DNA of 33,542 bases from Nitrospinota bacterium (GCA_029937135.1 JAPYQX010000003.1:1-33542); one strand, 5' to 3'. Shown: positions 7,085-16,352, counted from the first letter of the stretch. Program-made: numbers and translations. The notes: generated from the sequence alone by a model not told the origin.

Positions 7085-8425
7085 ATGAAAGGGGTTCTCT
7101 TGAGTGTCCGGATTTGCTTACCGATTATTTTATTGGCGGGGTTGGTTTTACCTGTCGATGTGCATTCCGCTCCCGGCGGGGGGCGAAGGAAGAGCCGTCC
7201 TCCCATCGTCTCCTTTGAAAAGGCGGTAAAACGGAGCGTTCGCAGCCGGCTCACCGTGGTGGGTACGATTAGGCCATTTCGTACTTCTGTTGTTGGCAGC
7301 GAAATCGAGGGGCAGGTGGATTTAGTTCCTCTTCGTGAAGGCGATCCCGTTGTTGCGGGTAAGACCATTATTGCGAGACTTCGCCGGACTGATCTTGAAC
7401 TCGGGAAGCGTGTCATAGCTGCGGAACTCGCTAAAGTCTATCAAGATTACCTTCGGCTTAAGAATGGAACGCGTCCGGAAGAAATAGAAACATACAGAGC
7501 GCGATTGTGGGAAAAAGAAGCTGAACTCAAGCGTGATGAACTTGAATTCAAACGCTCCGAGAGTTTGTTTAAAAGAAAAATTATCGACCAGGCTACCCTT
7601 GATCGGGCTGAAGCCAAGTATCAGATCAGTAAAAGTCAATACCTGGAAGAAAAAAGCGAGTTGCGTTTAGCTGAAATGGGGCCTCGACGGGAGGATATTG
7701 CCAAAGCTGCCGCCGAATTGGAAAGAGTACGAGCGGAAATTGTTCGATTGAAAGATTTGTTGTCCAAGACAATTATTCGCTCTCCTCTAACCGGTTTCCT
7801 GACTGAAAAATCGGTCGAGGTGGGACAGTGGGTGACCAAGGGCGGCCGCGTGGGCGAGGTGATCGAAATGCGCAAAGTCATCGTTCGGGCGCCGGTTTCT
7901 GAAAAGAAAATTTCTTTCGTGAATGTCGGGGACACCGCGCAGGTGAGGCTCGATGCCATTCCCGGACGGGTATTCACCGGGCGCATCGCCAGAATCATTC
8001 CCAAGGCGGATACCAAGAGCCGCACCTTCCCGGTGGAGGTCGAACTCGATAATACGAGCGACTTTGCGCTCAAGGCCGGAATGTTCGCCCGGATAATCAT
8101 GGAGTACGGCGCTCCGGTCCAGTCGGTTCTCATCCCGAAGGATGCCTTGTTGATCCGGCCGAGGGGGGCTTCGGTATTCATCTTCAATGAAGGGCGCGTC
8201 CGCGAGGTTTCCTTCAAGCCCGGCCGAAACGTGGATTCTTTCGTAGAGGTTCCCGGCGGGGAGATCAAGCCGGGGATGCGGGTGGTGGTCCAGGGAAATG
8301 AAAAACTTCGCAACGGAATGACAGTTCGCCTTCCGGGCCAGAGAAAAGGCGGCCCCGGCGGTAAAAAAGGGCGGGGAAAGAGGCCCGCGAAAAAAAGCGA
8401 AGACAATAAAGGGCGCCGGGGATGA
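7085..8425 (+). CDS. Efflux RND transporter periplasmic adaptor subunit (HlyD/MFP family)
   Basis: 446 aa with a signal/anchor (ICLPIILLAGLVLPVDVHS), a long coiled-coil hairpin region (RPEEIETYRARLWEKEAELKRDELEFKRSESL...) and the beta-barrel blocks IRSPLTGFL and VRAPVSE. An alternative TTG start lies at 7100. Stop is TGA. Confidence 0.9.
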   Translation: MKGVLLSVRICLPIILLAGLVLPVDVHSAPGGGRRKSRPPIVSFEKAVKRSVRSRLTVVGTIRPFRTSVVGSEIEGQVDLVPLREGDPVVAGKTIIARLRRTDLELGKRVIAAELAKVYQDYLRLKNGTRPEEIETYRARLWEKEAELKRDELEFKRSESLFKRKIIDQATLDRAEAKYQISKSQYLEEKSELRLAEMGPRREDIAKAAAELERVRAEIVRLKDLLSKTIIRSPLTGFLTEKSVEVGQWVTKGGRVGEVIEMRKVIVRAPVSEKKISFVNVGDTAQVRLDAIPGRVFTGRIARIIPKADTKSRTFPVEVELDNTSDFALKAGMFARIIMEYGAPVQSVLIPKDALLIRPRGASVFIFNEGRVREVSFKPGRNVDSFVEVPGGEIKPGMRVVVQGNEKLRNGMTVRLPGQRKGGPGGKKGRGKRPAKKSEDNKGRRG

Positions 8426-9054
8426 ACGGAATTTTCCATGCGGGCGCCGGAGTTGTGATCGGCGGCCTGGCCCTCGGCGGGAATGCCACGTCGGCCGACT
8501 TTGCCATATGCGCGGTGGCGGGCACCGCTCCCGACTGGGACGCCATTCTCCTGGCTGTTCACAAGCCGCATTATCAGAACTATCACCGCACGGTGACCCA
8601 TGGATTTATCGGATTGACGGTTGGCGGGGTGTTGGCCGCCGCTGTTCTTTCTTAGTTCGGTTGGGAATTCAGGCATGCGATTTTACTTTGGCTGGTTGCG
8701 TCACTGGGGCATACGGTGAGCGATCTTTTTAATCGCTCGGGGGTGGCTCTTTTCTCGCCGATCAGCTGGGACCGGGTTCGGGTGCCGTTGGTATCGTGGG
8801 GCGATATGCCGTTGACGGTGGGCGCTGTGGCCCTGGCGATTTGGATGGTAATGATGCCGGAGACCGCGCGTTTGGCGTCGCTGGCGGGCCTGGCGGCCTA
8901 TGCGGCCTATTTGTTGAGGCGCAGAAGGAATCCAATGCTTTCAAATCCTGTAAGCCGGTGGTGGTTTCAAAAATTCAACGGCCCGGGTGGACCCTCCTCG
9001 GGCGGAGGGCCCGCCCTCTGGAAACCAACGGAAAGTCATGGAGCAGGTGGATGA
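8422..9054 (+). pseudogene. DUF457/YdjM-like membrane-bound metal-dependent hydrolase, interrupted by one in-frame TAG at 8653-8655
   Basis: The track ORFs 8422-8655 and 8716-9054 share a frame, and 8656-8715 contains no stop. The joined protein shows the YdjM-family pattern H..G...G...APDWD......HRTVTHG...(TAG)...LGHTVSDLFNRSGVALFSP. Its ATG overlaps the adaptor stop (ATGA at 8422-8425), and its TGA overlaps the RND permease ATG (ATGA at 9051-9054). Confidence 0.6.
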
Positions 9055-12000
9055 ATATTCCGAAATGGTGTGTGAGCTACCCCGTGACGACGATGGTGGG
9101 GGTCATTATCGCTCTCCTGTTTGGTGGAATCAGCCTGAGCCGCATTCCGGTCCAGATGAAGCCCACCATCGACCGGCCGGTGATCACGGTGGAGACGAGA
9201 TACAAGGGCGCCGCTCCCCTGGAAGTCGAAGAAGAAGTCACCGAACCGATCGAACAAAAACTCACCTCGGTCGAAGGATTGACCCAGATGACTTCCAAAA
9301 GCGAAGAGGGCCGATCCAGGGTCATTCTGGAGTTCGACTGGGGGACGGATAAAGATATCGCCCGCCTGGACGTTTCCGAGAAAATGGGTCTGGTGCGCGA
9401 CCTTCCGGATGACACCGACCGGCCGACCATCAGGGCAGTGAACTCCGACGCCGAGGATTCCATCGCCTGGATTGTCATCGAGACGAGCCGGCCGATTAAC
9501 GAGGTGCGGGTTGTCGCCGACGATGTGATCAGGCCCAAGCTCGAGCGCGTGCCGGGTGTCGGAGCGGTGTTCATGTTCGGGGGTGAGGACCGGGAGGTCC
9601 GCGTCACGCTGGATTATGAAGCGATGAACGCGCGGGGGATCACGGTGAAGGCCCTGCGCGAAGCTCTTCTGAGAGAAAACCGGAATACCAAGGGCGGAAA
9701 AATCGACGAGGGCAAGCGGCGCTACGTCATCCGGACGGTGGGAAACTTCACCAAACTCGATCAGCTTCGCAACACGATTATCGCCCGACTCCCCGCCGGT
9801 CCCGTCTATCTCCGCGATTTCGCCAAGGTGCAATTCGACTATGAGGACCCGACGCGCCGGGTGCGGGTTTCGACGAAACCCACGATTGCTTTCAGCATCC
9901 GCCGCAGAACCGGCGCGAATACCATCGAGGTCATGGCGAAACTCAAGGAGACAATGAAGGAAGTCAACCGGATATATGATGGACGTGATATCAAACTCCG
10001 CCAGGTGTACGACGAGACGGATTACATTCATCAATCCCGCGGGTTGGTGATCAACAATATTCATATCGGCGGCGCGCTCGCCGTCGGCGTTCTTCTCCTT
10101 TTCCTCGGCAGCATTTCCAGCGTGGTCATCATCGCGATAGCGATTCCGGTCGCTATGATTTCCACGTTTATATTTATATTCCTTCTCGGCCGCTCGATTA
10201 ACATCATCTCCCTCGCGGGGCTCGCCTTCGCGGTGGGTATGGTCGTGGACAATTCAATCGTCGTTCTGGAAAACATTTACCGCCACCGCGAAATGGGGAA
10301 GGATCGGTGGCAAGCGGCGGTGGACGGCGGGGTCGAGGTCTGGGGAGCGGTGCTGGCCTCGACGCTGACGACCTTGGCGGTGTTTCTGCCCGTGATATTC
10401 GTTCAGGACGAAACGGGGCAACTCTTCCGCGACATCGCCATCGCCATCAGCGTGGCCGTGGGGCTTTCCCTGATCGTTTCGATCTCGGTGGTGCCGATGC
10501 TGAGTTCGCGCATGCTCAGGATGTCGAAGGAGGAATCCCTGCTTTCCCGTCTCATCTCGTTCACCGGAATATACTGGTTTGGCCGTGTTTTCCGGGATCG
10601 CTTCGTCGCTCTCGTCACATGGTTGATGAGGGGCATGGTGTTCCGCCTGTTCATCGCCTCGGCGCTGACGGCGACTTCGATTTTCCTGGCGTGGTATTTT
10701 TTCCCACCAATCGATTATTTACCCAAGGGCAACCGGAACCTTTTGTTCATATTCCTCAGAACCCCGCCCGGTCTTAATCTCGACCAGATGGACAAAATCA
10801 TGGGCAAGCTCGAAGGCCGGCTGAAGAACGTGAAGGAGGCGGACCGTTTCTTCGCGGTGATTCGGCCGGTGAATCCCCTCCTGGGTCTCATCGCCAAGAA
10901 GGAATATTCGGATCAGGAATCGATGCGAAAACTGGTTCGGAAACTGTTCGGGGTGGTCCAGGGATTTCCGGGGATCAAGGGATTCGTGACCCAGGTGTCG
11001 CTGTTCAGGCGGAGGGGGTCCGGGTTCATCGGGGGAATTAATCTACAGGTGGATGTCACGGGGGACAGTCTCGAGGAGATACAGCGGATTGCCGGCGAGG
11101 TGGCGGCGAAGTCGAGAAAGCTTTCGGGCGTTCGATTCGTGAACAGCAGCTTCGACCTGGGCAACCCCGAACTCCAGGTGCATGTGGACCGGGAAAAGGC
11201 GGCGGACCTAGGGCTGTCGGTGACGGAGCTGGGCGATATCGTCGAGACCCTGGTGAATGGCACCCGGTCCGGAATTTTCCGCGATCAGGGCAAAGAGCTC
11301 GATATCGTCCTCCGCGACTCGAAGGAGAAATTCACGCGCACCCAGGAACTCTCCCAAATCACGATTTACACCCCCGACGGCCGCTCGGTTCAGCTCGGCG
11401 ATATCGCCGAGATCCGGCAGGTGCTGGGTCCGACGAAAATCGAGCACATCGACCGTGATCGCTCGGTGAAGCTGACCGTCAACCTCGACGATACGCTCCC
11501 CCTCCAGGTGGCCATCGAGCGGATACGGCGCGACGTGATCGATCCGATCCGGGCGAAGCTTCCCCTCGGCTACTCGGTCGAGGTGGGGGGGCGCGCGAAG
11601 GATCTCGAGCGCACCTGGGACGCCCTCAAGTGGTCGTTCCTCCTCGCGCTCGTGATCACCTATCTTCTGATGGCCTCGCTGTTCGAGGCCTGGAGCTATC
11701 CGCTCATCATCATGTTCAGCGTGCCCCTGGCCTCGACGGGCGGAGTGCTGGCGATAAGCTTCATGAACTCGATCGAACCCTCGGTGAAGATGGACACGCT
11801 GGCGATGCTTGGGTTCATCATCTTGACGGGAATTGTCGTGAACAACGCAATCCTTCTCGTCCATCAGGCGCTGAATCACTTCCGGGGCGGGATGCCGATG
11901 CGTGAGGCGATTCTCGAGAGCGTCCGCGACCGCATGCGCCCGATATTCATGACGATGACAACGACCGTCTTGGGGATGCTGCCCCTTGTGGTCTCATCGG

Positions 12001-12269
12001 GCTCGGGGAGCGAGCTCTACCGCGGGCTGGGCGCGGCCGTACTCGGAGGTCTTGCCACCTCGACGGTCTTCACCCTGCTCCTGATTCCCGTGGTTTTCTC
12101 GCTGTGGGTGGATTTCCAGGAAAAGTTCATGCCCGCGAGTGTCAACGCCATCTCGCGCGGCGGGGTAAACGGATATCCCGGCGAGGCCGGGCTCTCCTGG
12201 GGCGGCAACGGCGCCGCCGCCGGCAAGGAAGCCGGCGAGATCCTGCCCGGAGCCAATCCGGAAAACTAG
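9051..12269 (+). CDS. Efflux RND transporter permease subunit (AcrB/AcrD/AcrF family)
   Basis: 1072 aa from ATG 9051 (MNIPKWCVSYPVTTMVGVIIALLFGGISLSRIPV...), with GGAGCAGG upstream. It has the typical RND organisation: 12 TM segments, two large periplasmic loops, and the AGLAFAVGMVVDNSIVVLENI block. The track ORF extends upstream to 8796, which I regard as a spurious extension. Stop is TAG. Confidence 0.92.
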   Translation: MNIPKWCVSYPVTTMVGVIIALLFGGISLSRIPVQMKPTIDRPVITVETRYKGAAPLEVEEEVTEPIEQKLTSVEGLTQMTSKSEEGRSRVILEFDWGTDKDIARLDVSEKMGLVRDLPDDTDRPTIRAVNSDAEDSIAWIVIETSRPINEVRVVADDVIRPKLERVPGVGAVFMFGGEDREVRVTLDYEAMNARGITVKALREALLRENRNTKGGKIDEGKRRYVIRTVGNFTKLDQLRNTIIARLPAGPVYLRDFAKVQFDYEDPTRRVRVSTKPTIAFSIRRRTGANTIEVMAKLKETMKEVNRIYDGRDIKLRQVYDETDYIHQSRGLVINNIHIGGALAVGVLLLFLGSISSVVIIAIAIPVAMISTFIFIFLLGRSINIISLAGLAFAVGMVVDNSIVVLENIYRHREMGKDRWQAAVDGGVEVWGAVLASTLTTLAVFLPVIFVQDETGQLFRDIAIAISVAVGLSLIVSISVVPMLSSRMLRMSKEESLLSRLISFTGIYWFGRVFRDRFVALVTWLMRGMVFRLFIASALTATSIFLAWYFFPPIDYLPKGNRNLLFIFLRTPPGLNLDQMDKIMGKLEGRLKNVKEADRFFAVIRPVNPLLGLIAKKEYSDQESMRKLVRKLFGVVQGFPGIKGFVTQVSLFRRRGSGFIGGINLQVDVTGDSLEEIQRIAGEVAAKSRKLSGVRFVNSSFDLGNPELQVHVDREKAADLGLSVTELGDIVETLVNGTRSGIFRDQGKELDIVLRDSKEKFTRTQELSQITIYTPDGRSVQLGDIAEIRQVLGPTKIEHIDRDRSVKLTVNLDDTLPLQVAIERIRRDVIDPIRAKLPLGYSVEVGGRAKDLERTWDALKWSFLLALVITYLLMASLFEAWSYPLIIMFSVPLASTGGVLAISFMNSIEPSVKMDTLAMLGFIILTGIVVNNAILLVHQALNHFRGGMPMREAILESVRDRMRPIFMTMTTTVLGMLPLVVSSGSGSELYRGLGAAVLGGLATSTVFTLLLIPVVFSLWVDFQEKFMPASVNAISRGGVNGYPGEAGLSWGGNGAAAGKEAGEILPGANPEN

Positions 12270-12303
12270 CCGATAGGGGAGGGGATTCTGTTCCCCTTTT
12301 GAA

Positions 12304-12361
12304 GTCATTCCGAGCCCTTCGGCTGCGCTCATGATAGGCTCCGCGATGAAATCCGCTGGCC
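12304..12361. repeat. Dispersed ~58-nt intergenic repeat, copy A (gtcattccgagcccttc...ggctccgcgatgaa...ctggcc)
   Basis: By hand alignment it matches 29734-29790 at about 48 of 58 positions, and the first 17 nt are identical. A shorter related stretch, gtcatcctgagtccc, occurs at 12424-12438. It lies in the convergent gap between the RND permease and an alpha/beta hydrolase. Confidence 0.7.
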
Positions 12362-12515
12362 GGGCTCAGTCCTCTTTCCCATTCAGGCAGATTCCTGGCT
12401 GGCGCTCGGAAAGACAAATCTTTGTCATCCTGAGTCCCGTGTTTATTGATTGCGCGCGAGGGCTTTAGTTGGGGCGGAGCAAGGGGGGGTCCAGAATTTC
12501 GGGGCCGATATGGGT

Positions 12516-13319
12516 TTAGATTTGGTCTTCGTTTTTCTTGAGAAATGATTCCGCCGCGGCGTTCCATTCCTCGTGGCTCCTGCGGTAGCTGTAGTGCCCA
12601 CCTTCTTCTAGCACCACGAGTTCTGACCCCTCGATGTATCCCTGTAGCTCTTGTGCGAAATAGGGAGGCGTCAGTGCGTCGTCTTTCGCCGCGATGATCA
12701 GGGAGGGCTTGTTAATTTTCGTTAGCTCCTCTTTCCGGTCGTGGGCCAGCGTCATGTCGAGCCGCGCGACGAGGACTTCCACCGGGGCGATAGTCGCCTT
12801 CTGGCGTTCCTCAAGCTCCAGGAGGTTTTCGTACATGTTGTGAAACTGGGTCGCCCCGCAGGTCCACAGCGAACTGAATTTAATGTATTCCTCGGTTCCG
12901 TAAGCCTGGGCAATCTGCTTGCGCGAGGTCTGAAGCCGAGTCATATAGGGGTCCGCCCTGGTCCAGGTATTCGTGAAGATGCAGCAGCGCAGGCGGTCCG
13001 GGTAATCGAGCGCGAGATTCTGAAGGACGCATCCCCCCGTGGAGGTTCCCGCGACGTGGGCTTTTTCGATACCCAGCGCATCGAGCAGCCCCACCGCGTC
13101 CCTCGCGATCAGCTCCGTCGAGTAGGCGTTTTCGGGCTTGTCGCTCTCCCCCGTTCCCCGGTGATCAAAGGTGATGCATCTGTAATTCTTCGAAAAATGG
13201 GGAATCTGAAAATCCCAGGCGTTGAGCAGGCCCATCAGGCCCGGGATGAACAAAAAAGGATCTCCCTCGCCAGTGTCCGTGTAGTTCAGACTCAACTCTC
13301 CTGCCTTGATTCTGGGCAT
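12516..13319 (-). CDS. Alpha/beta-fold hydrolase
   Basis: 267 aa with the oxyanion-region block GDPFLFIPGLMG and the nucleophile elbow GTSTGG (G-x-S-x-G). Its length is typical of enol-lactonase or meta-cleavage-type hydrolases. Stop is TAA. Confidence 0.85.
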   Translation of the reverse strand: MPRIKAGELSLNYTDTGEGDPFLFIPGLMGLLNAWDFQIPHFSKNYRCITFDHRGTGESDKPENAYSTELIARDAVGLLDALGIEKAHVAGTSTGGCVLQNLALDYPDRLRCCIFTNTWTRADPYMTRLQTSRKQIAQAYGTEEYIKFSSLWTCGATQFHNMYENLLELEERQKATIAPVEVLVARLDMTLAHDRKEELTKINKPSLIIAAKDDALTPPYFAQELQGYIEGSELVVLEEGGHYSYRRSHEEWNAAAESFLKKNEDQI

Positions 13320-13335
13320 TGATGGTCTCTATCGG

Positions 13336-14352
13336 TTATTCGCCGGACTCGAGAACTTCGGCGACCTCGACTCGCCGGCCTTCCGAGGCCGATTTGATTC
13401 CCGCCTGAATGACGGCGAGCGATTCGGTGGCCCGGAGGGGACCCACCTCGGGCTCCCCGCTGCTTCGGATGCAGTGAGCGAACTCCTCGAGCTCCTCCCG
13501 GATGGTGTCGTTTTTTTCGAACGGAATCTTCTCCGGCCCCTCGCTTCCCCGGGTCAGGTAGCGGAGTCCCCCGAACAGATCGTAGTAGGCCGTTGCCAGC
13601 TTTCCGTAAATATTCATCAGATAGTACTCCGAAGCCGAGGCATAGCTTGCCGAAAGAATCGACTGGGCCCCGTTCTGGTGCTCCATCAGAAGATTGGCCA
13701 CGTCGGGGTTGTCTCCCGGAAGGACAAGCTGCGCCGAGCGCGCGGAGACCGCTATGACAGGTCCCATTAAAAATTCGAGAACATCGACGTAATGAATCCC
13801 GATCTGGAGCATCACCCCGCCCGGCATCCCGGCGGCCGTGTAGCGCCAGGAGGACAGGTCGAACTGACCCTCCCGGTCACGGCTGATGTTGGCCTCGGCC
13901 TGGACGAGTTGTCCGAACTTTCCGTCGTCGATTTGTTTTTTAATCCACCGGAACTGATTCTCACGCCGCCTTTGGTAGCCGATGGCGGCGATGATGCCCG
14001 CCTCATCGCAGATGCGCGCGATTTCCAATCCATCGGCGATGGTGTTGGCGATGGGCTTGTCCAGGAATATGTGTTTGCCCGCTTTTGCCGCGGCCCCGGT
14101 GGTGTCCAGGTGGACGTGGTTCGGCGTCGTATTGATGATGGCCTCGATGGAAGAATCTCCGAGGATTTCCTCGTAGCTTTCCGCCGTCCTGCAACCGTAT
14201 TTTTCGGCGAAGGCCGATCTCTTTTCCGGCGAGCGGGTGAAACAGGCTACGATTTCGATTTTGTCCGACCGCTGAATCGCGTCGGCCAGAACGTCCGACC
14301 ACCACCCCATTCCGAGGGAGGCGACGCGGAGGGGATCTGAACTCAATTCCAA
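13336..14352 (-). CDS. Gfo/Idh/MocA family NAD(P)-dependent oxidoreductase
   Basis: 338 aa with an N-terminal Rossmann region (VASLGMGWWSDVLADAI...IVACFTRSPEKRSAFAEKYG) and the GKHIFLDKP block. The exact start is uncertain: TTG 14352 or the in-frame TTG two codons downstream, both after AAGGAG. Stop is TAA. Confidence 0.85.
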   Translation of the reverse strand: MELSSDPLRVASLGMGWWSDVLADAIQRSDKIEIVACFTRSPEKRSAFAEKYGCRTAESYEEILGDSSIEAIINTTPNHVHLDTTGAAAKAGKHIFLDKPIANTIADGLEIARICDEAGIIAAIGYQRRRENQFRWIKKQIDDGKFGQLVQAEANISRDREGQFDLSSWRYTAAGMPGGVMLQIGIHYVDVLEFLMGPVIAVSARSAQLVLPGDNPDVANLLMEHQNGAQSILSASYASASEYYLMNIYGKLATAYYDLFGGLRYLTRGSEGPEKIPFEKNDTIREELEEFAHCIRSSGEPEVGPLRATESLAVIQAGIKSASEGRRVEVAEVLESGE

Positions 14353-14383
14353 GTCTCCTTAATTATTATGACGCCTGCTCGAC

Positions 14384-15892
14384 TTATTTCAGTGCCTGTA
14401 CGGCAACTGCTCTTTTCTTGCGTTTTTCGCTAATAAACGGCCAGGCGATCGACACGACCGAAAGGCAGAGGAAAAATACACTGAAAGGCGATGTGAAGAA
14501 AACCGTAACGTCCCCTCTCGAAGCGGTCAGCGATACCCGCAGGTGTTCTTCGAGCTGTTTGCCGAGGACAAGCGCCAAAAGAAGGGGAACAACCGGAATC
14601 CGGAGCCACTGCATCGAGATGCCCAGAAGACCGAAAAAAAACATGACGTACACGTCGAAGAACGAATTTCTGAGGGAATAGCTCCCGATGATGCAAAGAA
14701 GAGCGATTGTCGGCAGGAGGATCGATTTGGGAGTCGCAAGGACCTTGACCAGGAGGCGTAGACTCGAAAGCGCGACGATAAGCGTGAAAATATTCGCCCA
14801 GAAGAACGAGAAGATGATGGTGTAGGCGAAATCCGCCTGCTCCATGAATAGCAGTGGACCCGGAGCGAGGCCGTGGACCAGGAGGGCGCCGATGAGGATG
14901 GCCGTTACCGGATCGCCGGGTATTCCGAGCGTCATCATGGGGATGAGCGCCCCGCCCGTTACCGCGTTGTTCGCGGCTTCCGGGGCCGCGATGCCCTCGA
15001 TGGTTCCTGTTCCGAATTTATCGGGATGGTCGCTCATTTTTTTGGCATAATCGTAGCTGATGAAGGCGGCGATGGGGCCTCCCGCCCCCGGAAGAATTCC
15101 GATGAAGGTCCCGATGACCGCGCCGATGGCGGCCGGAACCCGCATCGCTCTGAAATCGGCCAGGGAGGGGATGATTTTTCCGAAATGTGAATCGGCGTGA
15201 AACGAGCCCCCTCTTTTCACGATATCGATCAGATTGTCCATGAGCTGGGGAATGGCGAAAAGTCCGATCATGGCGGTCAGGAAATGAATCCCCGAGAGCA
15301 TGTTGGGATCCCCGAAGGTGAACCGGGGATTTCCCATGATGGGGTCCTGCCCGATGGTGACGAGAATGAGGCCGATGGTAGCCGACAGGAGGCCCTTGAT
15401 CAGTGATTTGGTGGCGAAACTGCATATGACGGTCATGCCGAAAAAGACCAGGCTGAAAAGGTCCGGGGCCCGGAACTGGAGTGCCAGCTCGGCAAGGCTC
15501 GGCGCGATGAAATAGAGGCAAGCGAAACTGAAAATACCGCCTGCGAAGCTGGAGATGATAGAGGTGCCCAGCGCCAGGCCCGCTTCCCCGCGCATCGCCA
15601 TGGGATGGCCGTCCAGCGCCGTGGCCGAGGCCGACGGCGTACCGGGGATGTTGAGGAGGATTGCCGAGAAGCTTCCGCCCATCATTCCGCCCGCGTAGAG
15701 GCCCAGAAGGAGCGAAATCGAAATCGCCGGCTCGAGAACAAATGTCAGGGGCAAAACGATAATGATTCCCGCGCTGATGGTCATGCCGGGGATCATTCCC
15801 ACCGTCAGGCCGAGCAAAGAGCCGATGGCCGTGCCGATAAGGCTGGTCGGCATGGTCGATTGCATGAATCCTTGGTAGATGTCGGGGTTCAT
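14384..15892 (-). CDS. tctA: Tripartite tricarboxylate transporter permease, large subunit TctA
   Basis: 502 aa from ATG 15892 (MNPDIYQGF...), which lies 5 nt after the tctB stop. It is polytopic and carries the TctA-like block GTFIGILPGAGGPIAAFISYDYAKK. Stop is TAA. Confidence 0.9.
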   Translation of the reverse strand: MNPDIYQGFMQSTMPTSLIGTAIGSLLGLTVGMIPGMTISAGIIIVLPLTFVLEPAISISLLLGLYAGGMMGGSFSAILLNIPGTPSASATALDGHPMAMRGEAGLALGTSIISSFAGGIFSFACLYFIAPSLAELALQFRAPDLFSLVFFGMTVICSFATKSLIKGLLSATIGLILVTIGQDPIMGNPRFTFGDPNMLSGIHFLTAMIGLFAIPQLMDNLIDIVKRGGSFHADSHFGKIIPSLADFRAMRVPAAIGAVIGTFIGILPGAGGPIAAFISYDYAKKMSDHPDKFGTGTIEGIAAPEAANNAVTGGALIPMMTLGIPGDPVTAILIGALLVHGLAPGPLLFMEQADFAYTIIFSFFWANIFTLIVALSSLRLLVKVLATPKSILLPTIALLCIIGSYSLRNSFFDVYVMFFFGLLGISMQWLRIPVVPLLLALVLGKQLEEHLRVSLTASRGDVTVFFTSPFSVFFLCLSVVSIAWPFISEKRKKRAVAVQALK

Positions 15893-15896
15893 GGCC

Positions 15897-16352
15897 TCAG
15901 TCCAGTAAACTCCCCGGCGGAAGAAGGATGAGGAATCCTTCGCGGAACAGATAAAAAAGGACAACGGGAACCGCAATCGAGAAGGCAATCACCCAGAGCG
16001 GCCTCCGCTCGCCCGAGACCACCATCAAACCGGCGAAAAACAGAATTCCGCTCACCAAGAACCCCAGCCACGGGAGAAGGATCACGGTGATTAAAAACAG
16101 ACCGAGCCCCGCGGCGGGATAGAAAAGATGTTCGGTTTTCTCGGAGAATACCGGCTCGTCGGTGTCCAGTTTCAGGCTCTTGAAAAACCAGGCGCCCGAA
16201 AGGACCAACAAAAAAACAGTGAGAATCATCGGGACAAACGGGGGCCCCGGCGTGTTCGGCAGCGTGCGCTCGGGAAGCCGGGTCGTGAGGAACCCGTACA
16301 AGAGCCCGAAGAGGATCAGGAACAAAGAGGCGCCGATATTTTTTATTCGCAT
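15897..16352 (-). CDS. tctB: Tripartite tricarboxylate transporter small subunit TctB
   Basis: 151 aa from ATG 16352 (MRIKNIGASLFLILFGLLYGF...), with four hydrophobic helices. It is positioned between tctC and tctA, as in canonical TTT operons. Stop is TGA. Confidence 0.7.
   Translation of the reverse strand: MRIKNIGASLFLILFGLLYGFLTTRLPERTLPNTPGPPFVPMILTVFLLVLSGAWFFKSLKLDTDEPVFSEKTEHLFYPAAGLGLFLITVILLPWLGFLVSGILFFAGLMVVSGERRPLWVIAFSIAVPVVLFYLFREGFLILLPPGSLLD

Noticed and set aside
8796-9050. Several track ORFs have N-terminal extensions: the RND permease from 8796, thyX to 4832, the hydrolase to 20425, tctA to 15988, tctC to 17453, the AEC transporter to 24227 and csp to 25266.
   Set aside because: In each case an internal start with a Shine-Dalgarno sequence gives a family-typical N-terminus, such as MNIPKW..., MRIVLAGH..., MKSIRANG..., MNPDIYQ..., MKKIF... 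with a signal peptide, or MEYTLRIL.... The extensions overlap neighbouring genes or encode Arg/Pro-rich sequence.
12142-12567. A 141-aa minus-strand ORF and several plus-strand ORFs of 70-110 aa span the convergent gap at 12270-12515.
   Set aside because: They are Arg/Pro-rich, run through the intergenic repeat element and overlap the ends of two well-supported genes. They have no start context or recognisable motif.
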